Counted from the first letter of the stretch, positions 38,229 to 48,842 are shown. The stretch is DNA of 62,561 bases from an uncultured Gemmatimonadales bacterium (GCA_963798915.1 CAWCVB010000004.1:1-62561); one strand, 5' to 3'. Numbers and translations are program-made. Notes: a model not told the origin generated them from the letters alone.

Positions 38229-40382
38229 CTATGCCGTCGGTGGGTCGTTGCCTGCGGAATCACCCTTCATGGCTGGAACGTAGCAGGAGGTGGTGTAATC
38301 CTGTACCATCCGTCTCGCGGTGAACCGGGACCCAGTGAGGCACATCGCGAAGCGCATGCGTTCCACCCAGGCCGCGGGGATGCCGCTGGCGTCGCGGGTG
38401 TAGTACAACGGGACCACCTGCTCCTCCAGAAGCTGATAGAGGTGCTCGGCGTCCTCGGCATCGGCCGACTCGTCGTCGCCGCTCGCCGCCGGAATGGCCC
38501 AGCCGGCCCGGGCGTCATAGCCCTCGTGCCACCATCCGTCGAGCGTGCCGAGCTGCGGCACGCCGTTCAGCCCCGCTTTCATTCCCGACGTGCCGCTGGC
38601 TTCCAGCGGTGCTCGCGGAAGGTTCACCCAGAGGTCCACGCCCTGCACCAGCAAGTGCGCCAGATGCATGTCGTAGTCTTCCAGGAATGCCACCCGACCC
38701 TCGAAGGCGGGGTCGCGGGTGAACTGGTAGACGCGCTGCAACACCTCCTTGCCAGGCTCGTCGGCCGGGTGGGCCTTGCCCGCGAAGACGATCTGCATCG
38801 GACGGTCGCTGCTGGTGACCAGCCGGCGCAGCCGCTCGACATCGCGGAAGAGCAGGTCGGCCCGTTTATACGTCGCGAATCGGCGGGCAAACCCGATGGT
38901 AAGTGCCTCGGGCGCCAGCAGCGTGCCCGCGCCGACCACATGGGCGGCCTCGCGCCAGCGGTCCTTGAAGCGCCAGCGCGCGTCCTCACGGATGAGCCGG
39001 AAGAGAATCTGCTTGAGGTCCGAATGGGCTTGCCACAGGCGCCCGGGGTCCACCTGGAGCACCTGACTCCACATGCGCGGATGGTTGGCGGCCCGATGCC
39101 AGCCCGGGCCAAGAATTTCATCCAGCAACCCCATGATCGGCGCGGCCATCCAGGTGGGGAGATGGACACCGTTGGTGATATGGGTGATCGGCACCGTATC
39201 AACGGAGTGATCCGGCCACAGGTCGCGCCACAGCTCGCGTGACACGCGGCCATGCTGGCGCGAGACGCCATTGACGCGGGCCGACAGCCGGATCGCCGCG
39301 ACCGTCATGTGAAAGACTCCCGGCTCGGCTGGGCGCTCGCCCAGGCGCAGGATGGCATCGCGCGGCACCGACAGTCCATCCCAACCGCTCCCGGCACACC
39401 CACTGACCTCATCGAACGAGAAGAAGTCATGGCCGGCCGGCACGGGCGTGTGGGTCGTGAAGACGCTCGTGCGCCGGACCGCCGCGATGGCGTCGTCCAG
39501 CGCCATCCCGCCGAGCAGCTGCTGGCGCACTCGCTCGATCATCATGAAGGCGGCGTGTCCCTCATTGGCGTGCCACGCACCGGGCGTGATACCGAGGGCC
39601 TCCAGCACCCTGACACCGCCGACGCCCAGCACCCATTCCTGCCGGAGGCGACGGCGGGGACCACCGCCGTACAGCTGGCTGACGAGCGCCCGGTCGTCGG
39701 GGTGATTGTCCTCATAGTCGGTATCGAGCAGGTACACCGGCACGCGCCCGACCATGATCCGCCATGCACCCACGTGAATCTTGCGTCCCTCGGCCTCGAC
39801 CGTCGCCAGCCAGGGCTTGCCGTCGGCGCCTGGGAGCGGCTCCAGCGGCGTGGTGGCAATATCGAACTGGACATGGCTGCTCTCCTGCCAGCCATCGAGG
39901 CGCAGATGCTGGTCGAAGTAGCCGAGCCGATAGAACAGTCCCACCCCGATCAGTGGCACACCGAGATCGGAGGCGGCCTTGCAGTGATCGCCCGCCAGCA
40001 CGCCCAGCCCGCCGGAGTAGATCGGCACCGAGTTGTGCAGGCCGAATTCGGCACAGAAGTACGCCACCGGCCCCGGCGGTGCGTCGGCATATTCCTCCCG
40101 GAACCAGCTGTCGCCGTTCTCGAGCTTGCGCCGAAAGCGGTCCATCACGGCGTCATAGAGTGCGAGATACTCGGGATCGTTTGCGCAGCTGCGCAGGGCC
40201 AGCGGATCGGCCTGCCGGAGCAGCGCATGCGGGTTGTGTCGCACGCGGTGCCAGAGCGGTTCATCGATCCGGCAGAAGAGGGTTCGCGCGTCCCGGCTCC
40301 AGCTCCACGCGAGATTCATCGCAAGGTCGGCGAGGCCGGAAAGACGGTCGGGAAGATTCGGGAAATCAGGTGAGTGGGTCAT
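38229..40382 (-). CDS. glgP: Alpha-glucan phosphorylase
   Basis: YSGGLGVLAGD, NEGH, ITNGVH, ARRFATYKR, AGKAHP, EASGTSGMK. Confidence 0.96.
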   Translation of the reverse strand: MTHSPDFPNLPDRLSGLADLAMNLAWSWSRDARTLFCRIDEPLWHRVRHNPHALLRQADPLALRSCANDPEYLALYDAVMDRFRRKLENGDSWFREEYADAPPGPVAYFCAEFGLHNSVPIYSGGLGVLAGDHCKAASDLGVPLIGVGLFYRLGYFDQHLRLDGWQESSHVQFDIATTPLEPLPGADGKPWLATVEAEGRKIHVGAWRIMVGRVPVYLLDTDYEDNHPDDRALVSQLYGGGPRRRLRQEWVLGVGGVRVLEALGITPGAWHANEGHAAFMMIERVRQQLLGGMALDDAIAAVRRTSVFTTHTPVPAGHDFFSFDEVSGCAGSGWDGLSVPRDAILRLGERPAEPGVFHMTVAAIRLSARVNGVSRQHGRVSRELWRDLWPDHSVDTVPITHITNGVHLPTWMAAPIMGLLDEILGPGWHRAANHPRMWSQVLQVDPGRLWQAHSDLKQILFRLIREDARWRFKDRWREAAHVVGAGTLLAPEALTIGFARRFATYKRADLLFRDVERLRRLVTSSDRPMQIVFAGKAHPADEPGKEVLQRVYQFTRDPAFEGRVAFLEDYDMHLAHLLVQGVDLWVNLPRAPLEASGTSGMKAGLNGVPQLGTLDGWWHEGYDARAGWAIPAASGDDESADAEDAEHLYQLLEEQVVPLYYTRDASGIPAAWVERMRFAMCLTGSRFTARRMVQDYTTSCYVPAMKGDSAGNDPPTA

Positions 40383-40488
40383 GAGTCGTGGGTCATGAGT
40401 CGTGAGTCGTGGGTCATTTCGCCTCGGACGAAGCAATCGCGCAAGACTGGCCTGGGCGCGTGACCCACGACCCGTGACCCGTGACTCA
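40374..40488. repeat. Inverted pair of 7-bp tandem repeats between ettA and glgP
   Basis: RTGRGTC x6 (40374-40415) facing GACCCAC/GACCCGT/GACTCA (40462-40488). Confidence 0.75.
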
Positions 40489-42162
40489 ATGCACCAGCTT
40501 CTTGTACCGGATCCGGTGCGGCTGGTCGGCAGTGGCGCCCTTCCGGCGCCGGAGGTCAGCGGCGTATTCCTGGTAGTTGCCCTCGAACCAGACCACCTCC
40601 GAATCCCCTTCGAACGCCAGCATGTGGGTGGCGATCCGGTCCAGGAACCAGCGATCGTGGCTGATGACGACTGCGCAGCCCGGGAACGCGGTGAGCGCAT
40701 CCTCGAGCGCGCGCAGGGTATCGACATCGAGGTCATTGGTCGGCTCGTCGAGCAGCAGGACGTTGCCACCGCTCTTGAGCAGCTTGGCGAGGTGCACCCG
40801 GTTTCGCTCACCGCCCGAGAGGTCCTTGACCAGCTTCTGCTGGTCAGGCCCGCGAAAGTTGAATCCGGCGCAGTACGCCCGGGCATTGACACGCCTTGTG
40901 TCGAAATCCAGTTCGTCCTGTCCGCCGGAGATTTCCTCGTAGACGGTGTGGTCGCCGCGCAGGGCATCCCGGCTCTGGTCCACGTAGGCCAGCTTCACGG
41001 TGCGGCCCACCGTCAACGTGCCGGCGTCGGGTGATTCCTGGCCCATGATCATGCGGAAGAGCGTCGTCTTGCCAGCACCGTTGGCCCCAATTACACCCAC
41101 GATGCCGCCCCTGGGCAGCGAGAAGTCGAGCTGCTCGAACAGCAGCCGCTCTCCGTAGCTCTTGGCGACGCCCTGCGCGATGACCACCTCGTCGCCCAGC
41201 CGCTCGGGCACCGGGATCTGGATTTCGGTGCTGCCGTCGGACTGGCGCTGCGCCGACTCGCGCAGTTCTTCATAGCGGGTGATGCGCGCCTTGCCCTTGG
41301 CGTGTCGCGCCTTGGGCGCCATCCGGATCCACTCCAGCTCGCGCTCCAGCGTCTTCTGGCGGGCCGAGGCCTGCCGCTCCTCCGTGGCCAGCCGCTTCTC
41401 CTTCTGCTCGAGCCAGCTGGAGTAGTTGCCTTCCCAGGGGATGCCCTCACCGCGATGCAACTCCAGAATCCATCGGGCGACGTTGTCGAGGAAATAGCGG
41501 TCGTGGGTGATCGCGACCACGGTGCCGGGAAACAGTTCGAGGTGCTTCTCCAGCCAGGCGACGGATTCGGCATCCAGGTGATTGGTGGGTTCGTCCAGCA
41601 GCAGGAGGTCGGGTTCCTCGAGCAGGATGCGGCAAAGCGCCACCCGGCGGCGTTCCCCGCCGGAAAGGGTGGCGACGTCCGCGTCTCCGGGCGGGAGCCG
41701 CAGTGCGTCCATGGCCATGTCCACCTTGTGATCGATCTCCCACGCGCCCGCGGCATCAATCCGGTCCTGCACCCGCGCCTGGCGATCCAGCAGCCGCTGC
41801 ATCTCGTCGTCGTCCATGGGCTCGGCGAAGCGTGCGGTGATCGTGTTGAACTCGTCCAATAATCCGCGCACCTCGGCCAGGCCGAGCTCCACATTGCCCC
41901 GCACGTCCCGCGCTGCATCCAGCACCGGCTCCTGCGGCAGGTAGCCGATGCGGGTGCCCGGCAGCGGCCGGGCGTCGCCCTGAAAATCATGGTCCACGCC
42001 GGCCATGATCCGCAGCAGTGTCGACTTGCCGGCGCCGTTCGCTCCCAGGACGCCGATCTTGGCGCCAGGATAAAAGGCGAGATGGATCCCCTTGAGGATC
42101 TCCCGCCCAGGGGGCACGACCTTCCGGAGGTCGCGCATCGTGTAGATGTATTCGCCAGCCAT
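40486..42162 (-). CDS. ettA: Energy-dependent translational throttle ABC-F ATPase
   Basis: [19 protein letters not shown], two ABC domains, ELEWIR..PK.R.AK.KAR linker, [10 protein letters not shown]. Confidence 0.96.
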   Translation of the reverse strand: MAGEYIYTMRDLRKVVPPGREILKGIHLAFYPGAKIGVLGANGAGKSTLLRIMAGVDHDFQGDARPLPGTRIGYLPQEPVLDAARDVRGNVELGLAEVRGLLDEFNTITARFAEPMDDDEMQRLLDRQARVQDRIDAAGAWEIDHKVDMAMDALRLPPGDADVATLSGGERRRVALCRILLEEPDLLLLDEPTNHLDAESVAWLEKHLELFPGTVVAITHDRYFLDNVARWILELHRGEGIPWEGNYSSWLEQKEKRLATEERQASARQKTLERELEWIRMAPKARHAKGKARITRYEELRESAQRQSDGSTEIQIPVPERLGDEVVIAQGVAKSYGERLLFEQLDFSLPRGGIVGVIGANGAGKTTLFRMIMGQESPDAGTLTVGRTVKLAYVDQSRDALRGDHTVYEEISGGQDELDFDTRRVNARAYCAGFNFRGPDQQKLVKDLSGGERNRVHLAKLLKSGGNVLLLDEPTNDLDVDTLRALEDALTAFPGCAVVISHDRWFLDRIATHMLAFEGDSEVVWFEGNYQEYAADLRRRKGATADQPHRIRYKKLVH

Positions 42163-42206
42163 GGCGCAGAAGATAACGGGGTACCAGCAGGCGGGGCGAA
42201 CAACGC

Positions 42207-42234
42207 AAAGGGCGCCCCAGCGGGGACGCCCTTT
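42207..42234 (-). terminator. Terminator after the SWIB gene
   Basis: AAAGGGCG.CCC...GGG.CGCCCTTT. Confidence 0.7.
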
Positions 42235-42255
42235 CAACTCGCGTACAACTCCGCT

Positions 42256-42606
42256 TCAGCTCAGGTGCCGGCTCACCAGCTTGGTCATCTCGAACATCGA
42301 GACCTGATCCTTCTTGAAGATGGGCCGCAGCTTGGCATCAGCGTTGATCATGCGGCGGTTCTTCTTGTCCTGCAGCCCGTGCCGCTTGATATAGCCCCAG
42401 AGCTTCTTGGTGACTTCCGTGCGGGGCAGGGGCTTGCTGCCGACCACTTCGGCGAGCGTGGCGCTCGGCGTCATGGGCTTCATGAATGCCGCGTTGGGCT
42501 TCCGCTTGGTTGCCTTGCGGGCCGTCTTCTTCGCCACACGCTTCTTCACGGGCCTGCGCGCCGACTTCTTGGCGGACTTCTTCGCAGCCTTCTTCTTTGC
42601 TGCCAT
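42256..42606 (-). CDS. SWIB/MDM2 domain protein with Lys/Ala-rich N-terminal tail
   Basis: PRTEVTKKLWGYIKRHGLQD..NRRMINADAKL...VSMFEMTKLVSRHL. Confidence 0.93.
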   Translation of the reverse strand: MAAKKKAAKKSAKKSARRPVKKRVAKKTARKATKRKPNAAFMKPMTPSATLAEVVGSKPLPRTEVTKKLWGYIKRHGLQDKKNRRMINADAKLRPIFKKDQVSMFEMTKLVSRHLS

Positions 42607-42839
42607 CGGGGTTCTCCCTGTGGAGGTGAACGCGATACTGCGCCAGACCACCGGCACCACCGGGAGACAAGGTAAGAAACTGTACCCCCATGTTGCAATA
42701 GGGAAACCCCGACTTTCTCCCCTGCACGTCTGCTGGCCAGGGGCGGGTGGCATGGATTCCCCGGCCATTCTACACTCCGGAAGCAAGGCTTTCTCGACGA
42801 TTCGACTGCTCCGCCACGGAGCGTCTCAGGAGTGTATTC

Positions 42840-44048
42840 ATGACTTTTCCCCTCACGCTGGCGATCGCAGCGTCGCTCTTCGCCGGCCCACCGGCACCAT
42901 GTTCCAGCGTCGGACTCACCCTGCCCGACGGCTTCTGCGCCCAACTGCTCGGTGACTCGCTGGGGGCCGTGCGCCAGCTGACCGTCAGTCGAGGCGGCGT
43001 GCTGTACGCCGCCATCCAGTCGGGAGGTGACGGGCACGGCGTGCTCGCATTTGCCGATGCCGATGGCGACGGCGACCTGGATCGCCTCGGGAGCTTTGGC
43101 CCGTCAGGTGTCAATGATGTGGAACTGCATGGCGGCTTCCTGTACGCCGCGTACCCGAGCCATATCCAGCGGTGGGTTGTGAGCGACTCGCAGCCGCTGC
43201 CGGCAGGTGAGGGCGAGGCGTTCCTGCGTGGCTTGCCGGGCGCTCGCGGCCACCGTGCCAAGAGCATGGCATTCAAGGGTGACTCGCTGTTCGTCAACTT
43301 CGGCTCGCGGAGCAACAGCTGCCAGCTGAAGGATCGCGCTGCCCGTTCGCCAGGTGCCAACCCCTGCGCCGAACTCGAGCAGCGCGCCGGCATCTGGGTG
43401 TTCAACGCTGACCGGGCCGGGCAGACGCTCGCCGATGGAACGCGATACGCCACCGGGCTTCGTAATGCCATGGCGCTCGCCATCCAGCCGGGCACCGGGA
43501 CGTTGTACGCGGCCGTCATGGGAAGGGATCAGTTGAGCCAGAGCTGGGGCTACAGCAACGACGTGAATGCCGACGATCCGGCCGAGGAGTTCGGCGTCAT
43601 TACGCGTGGCGCCGACTATGGCTGGCCCTATTGCTACTACAGCAACGTGGCGCACGCCAAGGTGCTGGCGCCGGAATACGGTGGCGATGGCGCCCGCACG
43701 GACCGGTGCCGCACTCGCGACATGCCGCTGATCGCATTTCCCGGCCACTTCGCGCCGCTGGCACTCGCCTTTTACTCGGCGGATGCCTTCGGTCGCCCCT
43801 ACACGGACGGTGCCTTCCTGGCCTTTCATGGCTCCTGGAACCGGGCACCGTTGCCGCAGGCGGGCTACCGCGTGGTCTTCATTCCATTCGCGAATGGCCG
43901 TCCCACAGGCGAGTACCAGACGTTTGCCACCGGCACTGCGGGCACCACCGCGCTCCGGGCGAGCGGAGTGGCCGTCGGGCCGGGCGGAGCTCTCTTCATT
44001 GCCGACGACCGCGCCGGACGCATCTGGAAGGTGAACCGCGAGTCCTGA
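42840..44048 (+). CDS. PQQ-dependent sugar (glucose/sorbosone) dehydrogenase
   Basis: LPDGFCA, ATGLRN, GRDQL, DYGWPYCY, FHGSWNR. Confidence 0.9.
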   Translation: MTFPLTLAIAASLFAGPPAPCSSVGLTLPDGFCAQLLGDSLGAVRQLTVSRGGVLYAAIQSGGDGHGVLAFADADGDGDLDRLGSFGPSGVNDVELHGGFLYAAYPSHIQRWVVSDSQPLPAGEGEAFLRGLPGARGHRAKSMAFKGDSLFVNFGSRSNSCQLKDRAARSPGANPCAELEQRAGIWVFNADRAGQTLADGTRYATGLRNAMALAIQPGTGTLYAAVMGRDQLSQSWGYSNDVNADDPAEEFGVITRGADYGWPYCYYSNVAHAKVLAPEYGGDGARTDRCRTRDMPLIAFPGHFAPLALAFYSADAFGRPYTDGAFLAFHGSWNRAPLPQAGYRVVFIPFANGRPTGEYQTFATGTAGTTALRASGVAVGPGGALFIADDRAGRIWKVNRES

Positions 44049-44110
44049 TTGGCCATGAAGACCCGGCATCCGTAGATTGCTCCATCATCTCGATCGGCAA
44101 GGAGCTTTCG

Positions 44111-45223
44111 ATGCGCATTGCGGTGCTCAAGGAGACCGGTGCGACCGAACGTCGCGTGGCACTCGTCCCGGACGGCGTCGGGCGGCTGGTGCGTGCCGGA
44201 CACCAGGTCCGCGTCCAGCGGGAGGCGGGCACCAGCGCCGGTTTCCCGGACGACGCCTATGTGGCCCAGGGCGGCCAGGTGGCCGGAAGCGCCGCCGAGG
44301 CGGCTGCTGACGCCCAGGCGATCGCGGTGGTTGCGCGTCCCGACGGCGCGACGCTGCGGGAGCTGCCATCGGGCGCCGCGATCGTCGGCTTCCTCGAGCC
44401 GTCAAATCCCGAGTCGGTCTCGGCGCTCGCGGGCGCCGGTCTCACCGCCTTTGCCATGGAGCTGGTGCCCCGCAGCACCAGGGCCCAGAGCATGGACGCG
44501 CTCTCCTCCCAGGCGACCGTCGCCGGCTACAAGGCCGTGCTGATCGGCGCCAACACCCTGCCGCGCTTCCTCCCGATGCTCACGACTGCAGCGGGCACCG
44601 TCACGCCAGCACGCGTCTTCGTCATCGGTGCGGGCGTGGCTGGCTTGCAGGCGATTGCCACGGCGCGACGCCTTGGCGCTGTGGTCTCCGCATTCGACGT
44701 GCGGCCGGTCGTGAAGGAGCAGGTGGAGAGTCTGGGGGCCACGTTCGTCGAGGTCGCGAGCGTCGAGGCCGAAGGCGCCGGCGGATACGCACGCGAGCTC
44801 GGCGCCGAGCAGCAGCAGCGGGTCGCCGCCGCAATCGCGGCGCACATCAAGGACATGGACTTGGTCATCACGACGGCGCAGATCCCCGGAAAGCCTGCAC
44901 CGCGGATCGTCACCGCCGCGATGGTCCATGCCATGCGTCCCGGCAGCGTCATTGTGGACCTGGCGGCCGAGTCGGGTGGCAACTGCGAACTGGCCCGGGC
45001 CGGAGAGACCGTGGTGGAGAAGGGCGTCACGGTGCTCGGGCCCGTCAACCTGGCCGCCACGCTGCCCTATCACGCGAGCCAGATGTACAGCCGCAACGTG
45101 CAGACGTTCCTGGAGTACGTGGCCGGCGAAGACGGCCTGGCCATCAAGCTGGATGATCCTATCACGGGCGCCATGTGCATCGTCCGGGACGGTGCACCGC
45201 GCGAGGGGAGGCCGGATGCTTGA
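44111..45223 (+). CDS. pntAA: NAD(P) transhydrogenase subunit alpha part 1
   Basis: ERRVAL.P, RAQSMDALSS, GAGVAGLQA, TTAQIPG..AP, DLAAESGGNC. Confidence 0.95.
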   Translation: MRIAVLKETGATERRVALVPDGVGRLVRAGHQVRVQREAGTSAGFPDDAYVAQGGQVAGSAAEAAADAQAIAVVARPDGATLRELPSGAAIVGFLEPSNPESVSALAGAGLTAFAMELVPRSTRAQSMDALSSQATVAGYKAVLIGANTLPRFLPMLTTAAGTVTPARVFVIGAGVAGLQAIATARRLGAVVSAFDVRPVVKEQVESLGATFVEVASVEAEGAGGYARELGAEQQQRVAAAIAAHIKDMDLVITTAQIPGKPAPRIVTAAMVHAMRPGSVIVDLAAESGGNCELARAGETVVEKGVTVLGPVNLAATLPYHASQMYSRNVQTFLEYVAGEDGLAIKLDDPITGAMCIVRDGAPREGRPDA

Positions 45224-45509
45224 TGCGCTGATTCTGGGGATCGTGGTCTTTACGCTGGCCACGTTCCTCGGCGTCGCCCTTATCAATCGGGTGCCGCCGA
45301 CCTTGCACACGCCGCTGATGTCGGGGGCCAACGCGGTCAGCGGCATCACCGCGGTCGGCGCCATCATTGTCGCCGGCGAGGGCCACGGCTGGATCGCCGT
45401 CGTCCTTGGGTTTCTGGCCGTGGTCTTTGCCATGATGAACGTGGTTGGCGGGTACGCCGTGACGGACCGGATGCTCCAGATGTTCAAGCGCAAGCCGGAG
45501 GCGCGCTGA
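45216..45509 (+). CDS. pntAB: NAD(P) transhydrogenase subunit alpha part 2
   Basis: VPPTLHTPLMSGANAVSG, NVVGGYAVTDRMLQMF. Confidence 0.95.
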   Translation: MLDALILGIVVFTLATFLGVALINRVPPTLHTPLMSGANAVSGITAVGAIIVAGEGHGWIAVVLGFLAVVFAMMNVVGGYAVTDRMLQMFKRKPEAR

Positions 45510-46903
45510 TGCCGCATGCCCTGGAGGAACTGCTTTATCTGGCCGCCGCCGTCTGCTTCATCATCGGGCTGAGGCGGCTTGGCAGTCCGGCAACCGCCGT
45601 AAGCGGCAATCGTATTTCGGCGCTCGGCATGCTGGTCGCCATCGCAGTCACGCTGGTCGATCGCAGCATCGTGAGCTATCAGGTCATCGCTGCGGGACTG
45701 GTAGTCGGATCGGCGGTCGGGCTCTGGGTGGCGCGCACCGTCAAGATGACCGCCATGCCCCAGATGGTGGCGCTGCTCAACGGTCTTGGTGGTGGCGCGT
45801 CGCTGCTGGTTGGCGGGGCGGAGTTCCTGAAGTCCGAGCTGCGACACTCGGTGCTTCCGGTCGACACGTCCGTGACCGTGCAGCTGAGCGTCCTGATCGG
45901 GGCGGTCACCTTCACGGGCAGCCTGGTGGCGTTCGCCAAGCTGCAGGAGCTCATCTCAGGGCGCCCGATCGTCTTCCCTGGGCTCAAGGTCGTCAACGCC
46001 CTGCTGCTGCTGGCCATTCTCCTGCTGGCCGGGTGGCAGGTGGCGCAACCTGCTTCCGTTCTCTGGCCCTTCTACGCCCTCTGCGGCCTGGCGCTGGTGC
46101 TGGGTGTGCTTGTGGTCATGCCCATTGGCGGCGCCGACATGCCGGTGGTGATTTCGCTGCTCAATTCCTACTCGGGGCTGGCGGCGGCGATGACCGGATT
46201 CGTCATCCGCAACGACGTGCTCATCATCGCCGGTGCGCTGGTGGGTTCGTCCGGCATCATCCTCAGCCAGATCATGTGCAAGGCCATGAATCGCTCGCTT
46301 GCCAACGTGCTCTTCGGCGCATTTGGCAGCGCCGGTGGGGTGGTCACGGCACGGTCGGCTGAAGGGCTGTCGGTGCGCCAGGTGTCGGCCGAGGACGCGG
46401 CGGTGCAGCTGGCCTATGCCCGGCTGGTCATCGTGGTCCCGGGCTATGGGCTGGCGGTAGCGCAGGCCCAGCACCTGGTCCGCGAGCTGGCTGATCTCAT
46501 CGAGAAGCGGGGCGGAGAGGTCAAGTACGCCATCCACCCCGTCGCCGGCCGGATGCCGGGCCACATGAACGTGCTGCTGGCCGAGGCCAACGTGCCCTAC
46601 GACCGGCTGTTTGACATGGACCAGATCAACGGCGAGTTCGAGCGGGCCGACGTGGCCCTGGTGATCGGGGCCAACGATGTGGTCAACCCGGCCGCACGCA
46701 ACGACCCTTCCAGCCCGATCTACGGCATGCCGATCCTCAACGCCGACCACGCCCAGAACGTGATCGTGCTCAAGCGTGGCATGGGCTCAGGTTTTGCGGG
46801 GATCGAGAATGAGTTGTTCTACAATCCCCGGACGGCCATGCTGTTCGGCGATGCCAAGGCGTCGCTGACGACACTGGTTTCCGAAATCAAGAATGTCGCC
46901 TGA
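45509..46903 (+). CDS. pntB: NAD(P) transhydrogenase subunit beta
   Basis: MTAMPQMVA, IGGADMPVVISLLNSYSG, HPVAGRMPGHMNVLLAEA, GANDVVNPAA. Confidence 0.97.
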   Translation: MPHALEELLYLAAAVCFIIGLRRLGSPATAVSGNRISALGMLVAIAVTLVDRSIVSYQVIAAGLVVGSAVGLWVARTVKMTAMPQMVALLNGLGGGASLLVGGAEFLKSELRHSVLPVDTSVTVQLSVLIGAVTFTGSLVAFAKLQELISGRPIVFPGLKVVNALLLLAILLLAGWQVAQPASVLWPFYALCGLALVLGVLVVMPIGGADMPVVISLLNSYSGLAAAMTGFVIRNDVLIIAGALVGSSGIILSQIMCKAMNRSLANVLFGAFGSAGGVVTARSAEGLSVRQVSAEDAAVQLAYARLVIVVPGYGLAVAQAQHLVRELADLIEKRGGEVKYAIHPVAGRMPGHMNVLLAEANVPYDRLFDMDQINGEFERADVALVIGANDVVNPAARNDPSSPIYGMPILNADHAQNVIVLKRGMGSGFAGIENELFYNPRTAMLFGDAKASLTTLVSEIKNVA

Positions 46904-46926
46904 TCAGCTTGACCAGGAGTTGCATA

Positions 46927-47580
46927 ATGAGACGGAGCGCGAGTTTTGTATTCCTGTCGGCCATGCTGCTGTCCGCGCCCTCGGCCGTGTCGGCGCAGGG
47001 GCTCTGCGGCGGCGCCCTCACGGGGCCAGCCGAAGGCGGTTATGCCGAGTACCGGATGACGCTTGGGAACGGAAGGGTGGAGCAGGTCCGCTTTGCCGTT
47101 GTCGGGGTGGACACGAGCCGCAAGGGCCGTCCCGTCTGGTTCGAAAACCGGGTGCAGCGCCAAGGGGCGCCGATGGTCGTTTCGCAGGTGCTGGTGCCAG
47201 GCTTTCCCTATCAGGCGTCCTCACTGCTGGATGCGTCGCTGCAGGCCGGTAAGGGCCGTCCCATCCACCTGACCGCATCGCAGCTGGGGCGCGCCCGGCG
47301 GCAGCTTCCCGGGCTGCTGCGCGCCATCGAGGAGGTCTGCCGGAGTGCCTCGCTGGTGGGTACCGAAACCGTCCGGGTCGGCGCTGGGCGCCTGGAGGCC
47401 CGGCACTATCGCAACGCTTTGCGGGGTTCGGACATCTGGGTGAGCAGCACGGTGCCGTTCGGCATCGTCAAAATGACGGATGGCGCCGACAAGAGCGCCA
47501 TGGAACTGACCGGGATGGGGTCGGACGCCAAGTCCTCGTTCAGTGGAAGCCCGCAATCGGCCGCCCGGCCAGGACCCTGA
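46927..47580 (+). CDS. Secreted hypothetical protein
   Basis: Signal peptide; VGTETVRVGAGRLEARHY...WVSSTVPFGIVK. Confidence 0.65.
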   Translation: MRRSASFVFLSAMLLSAPSAVSAQGLCGGALTGPAEGGYAEYRMTLGNGRVEQVRFAVVGVDTSRKGRPVWFENRVQRQGAPMVVSQVLVPGFPYQASSLLDASLQAGKGRPIHLTASQLGRARRQLPGLLRAIEEVCRSASLVGTETVRVGAGRLEARHYRNALRGSDIWVSSTVPFGIVKMTDGADKSAMELTGMGSDAKSSFSGSPQSAARPGP

Positions 47581-47604
47581 TCGCCAGGGACCTGAGACTT
47601 GGAC

Positions 47605-47634
47605 AGGGCGGATCCGGCGGGATTCGCCCTTTTT
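47605..47634 (+). terminator. Rho-independent terminator
   Basis: AGGGCGGATCC-...-GGATTCGCCCT then TTTT. Confidence 0.75.
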
Positions 47635-47915
47635 GGTGGACAGTCCGTTGGTGGGGAACCAGACCGGTGCAAACGGGGTTCTACTGGCTCATCCTGAGAC
47701 AGGGTTGCGTGACGCCCGGCACAACTTGTCTGGGTTCCGGACTGCAAATTTGACAGCGGTTGGGCCCAACTTGGCGCGCCGTGCCGGATGGTGTCCGGAA
47801 ACGATGCAACTCGCGTCTTGTGATGGAGTTAGCTAAGCTGTTGATTTTGTGCGTTTTAGCTCGTATATTGCCAAGTTGTACCATGGGTCACATGAGTATC
47901 GGCTTTGGCGCTTGA

Positions 47916-48842
47916 ATGGGGGGCGAAGGCCCCGAGGAGGCGTTCAGCGTGACAATGAGAGGGCGTACCAAGCGTCGTCCCGTTCGGCCGGCTCAGATCG
48001 CGCGCGCGGTGGACGAGGGGCGGGAGAGTCTCGATCTGTACCTTGATGAAATCAGCCGGGTCCCGCTGCTGACGCGGGATCAGGAGATGGAACTCGCGCG
48101 GAAGGCTTTCCGCGGGAGCGTGGCGGCGCAGGAAAAACTGGCCCGCCACAATGTCCGATTTGTCGTGTCGGTGGCCAAGAAGTTCCAGAACCGTGGCGTT
48201 CCCCTGGTGGACCTGATCGGTGAAGGGAACCTGGGCCTGATGACCGCCGCCCGGAAGTTCGATCCGGATCGCGGCGTCAAGTTCATTTCCTACGCGGTCT
48301 GGTGGATTCGCCAGGCGGTGCAGGCGGCCATTGCGCGTCACGGCCGCCCGGTACGGGTGCCGCTCAACCGTACCGCGGATCTGAGCCGCCTGGGTCGCAC
48401 CACGACCCTGCTGAAGGACCGGATGGGCCGCATGCCCACCACCGAGGAACTGGCTCGCGCCACGGGCCTCACGGTGGAAGCGGTGCGGAGTCTGAGCGCC
48501 CTGAATGCGGAGGCGGTCCGGCTCGACCACCCGACGCGGGATGGCGACGGCAACGAGCGCATGGAGCGGTTCGCGGCCACCGAGCAGGAGAGCACCGACA
48601 CCAGCACGCTGCAGAACAGCCAGACCTCGGACATCGAAGCGGCGCTCGCCACACTGCCGCCAAGGGATGCCAAGGTGCTGCGGCTCTACTTCGGGCTGGA
48701 GGACGGGAACAGCAGGACCCTGGAGGAGATCGGCCGCATGATGGGTGTCACCCGCGAGCGGATCCGTCAGCTGCGCGATCGCGCGCTGCTGCGCCTGCGT
48801 GAGGGTGAAACCGGCGACAAGCTGCGGGACCTGGTGGCCTGA
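47916..48842 (+). CDS. Sigma-70 family factor (RpoD/RpoS-like, regions 1.2-4, no region 1.1)
   Basis: YLDEI...LLT, RFVVSVAKK, DLIGEGNLGL, KFISYAVWWIRQ, TLEEIG..MGVTRERIRQ; true start may be 47949 or 47955. Confidence 0.93.
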   Translation: MGGEGPEEAFSVTMRGRTKRRPVRPAQIARAVDEGRESLDLYLDEISRVPLLTRDQEMELARKAFRGSVAAQEKLARHNVRFVVSVAKKFQNRGVPLVDLIGEGNLGLMTAARKFDPDRGVKFISYAVWWIRQAVQAAIARHGRPVRVPLNRTADLSRLGRTTTLLKDRMGRMPTTEELARATGLTVEAVRSLSALNAEAVRLDHPTRDGDGNERMERFAATEQESTDTSTLQNSQTSDIEAALATLPPRDAKVLRLYFGLEDGNSRTLEEIGRMMGVTRERIRQLRDRALLRLREGETGDKLRDLVA

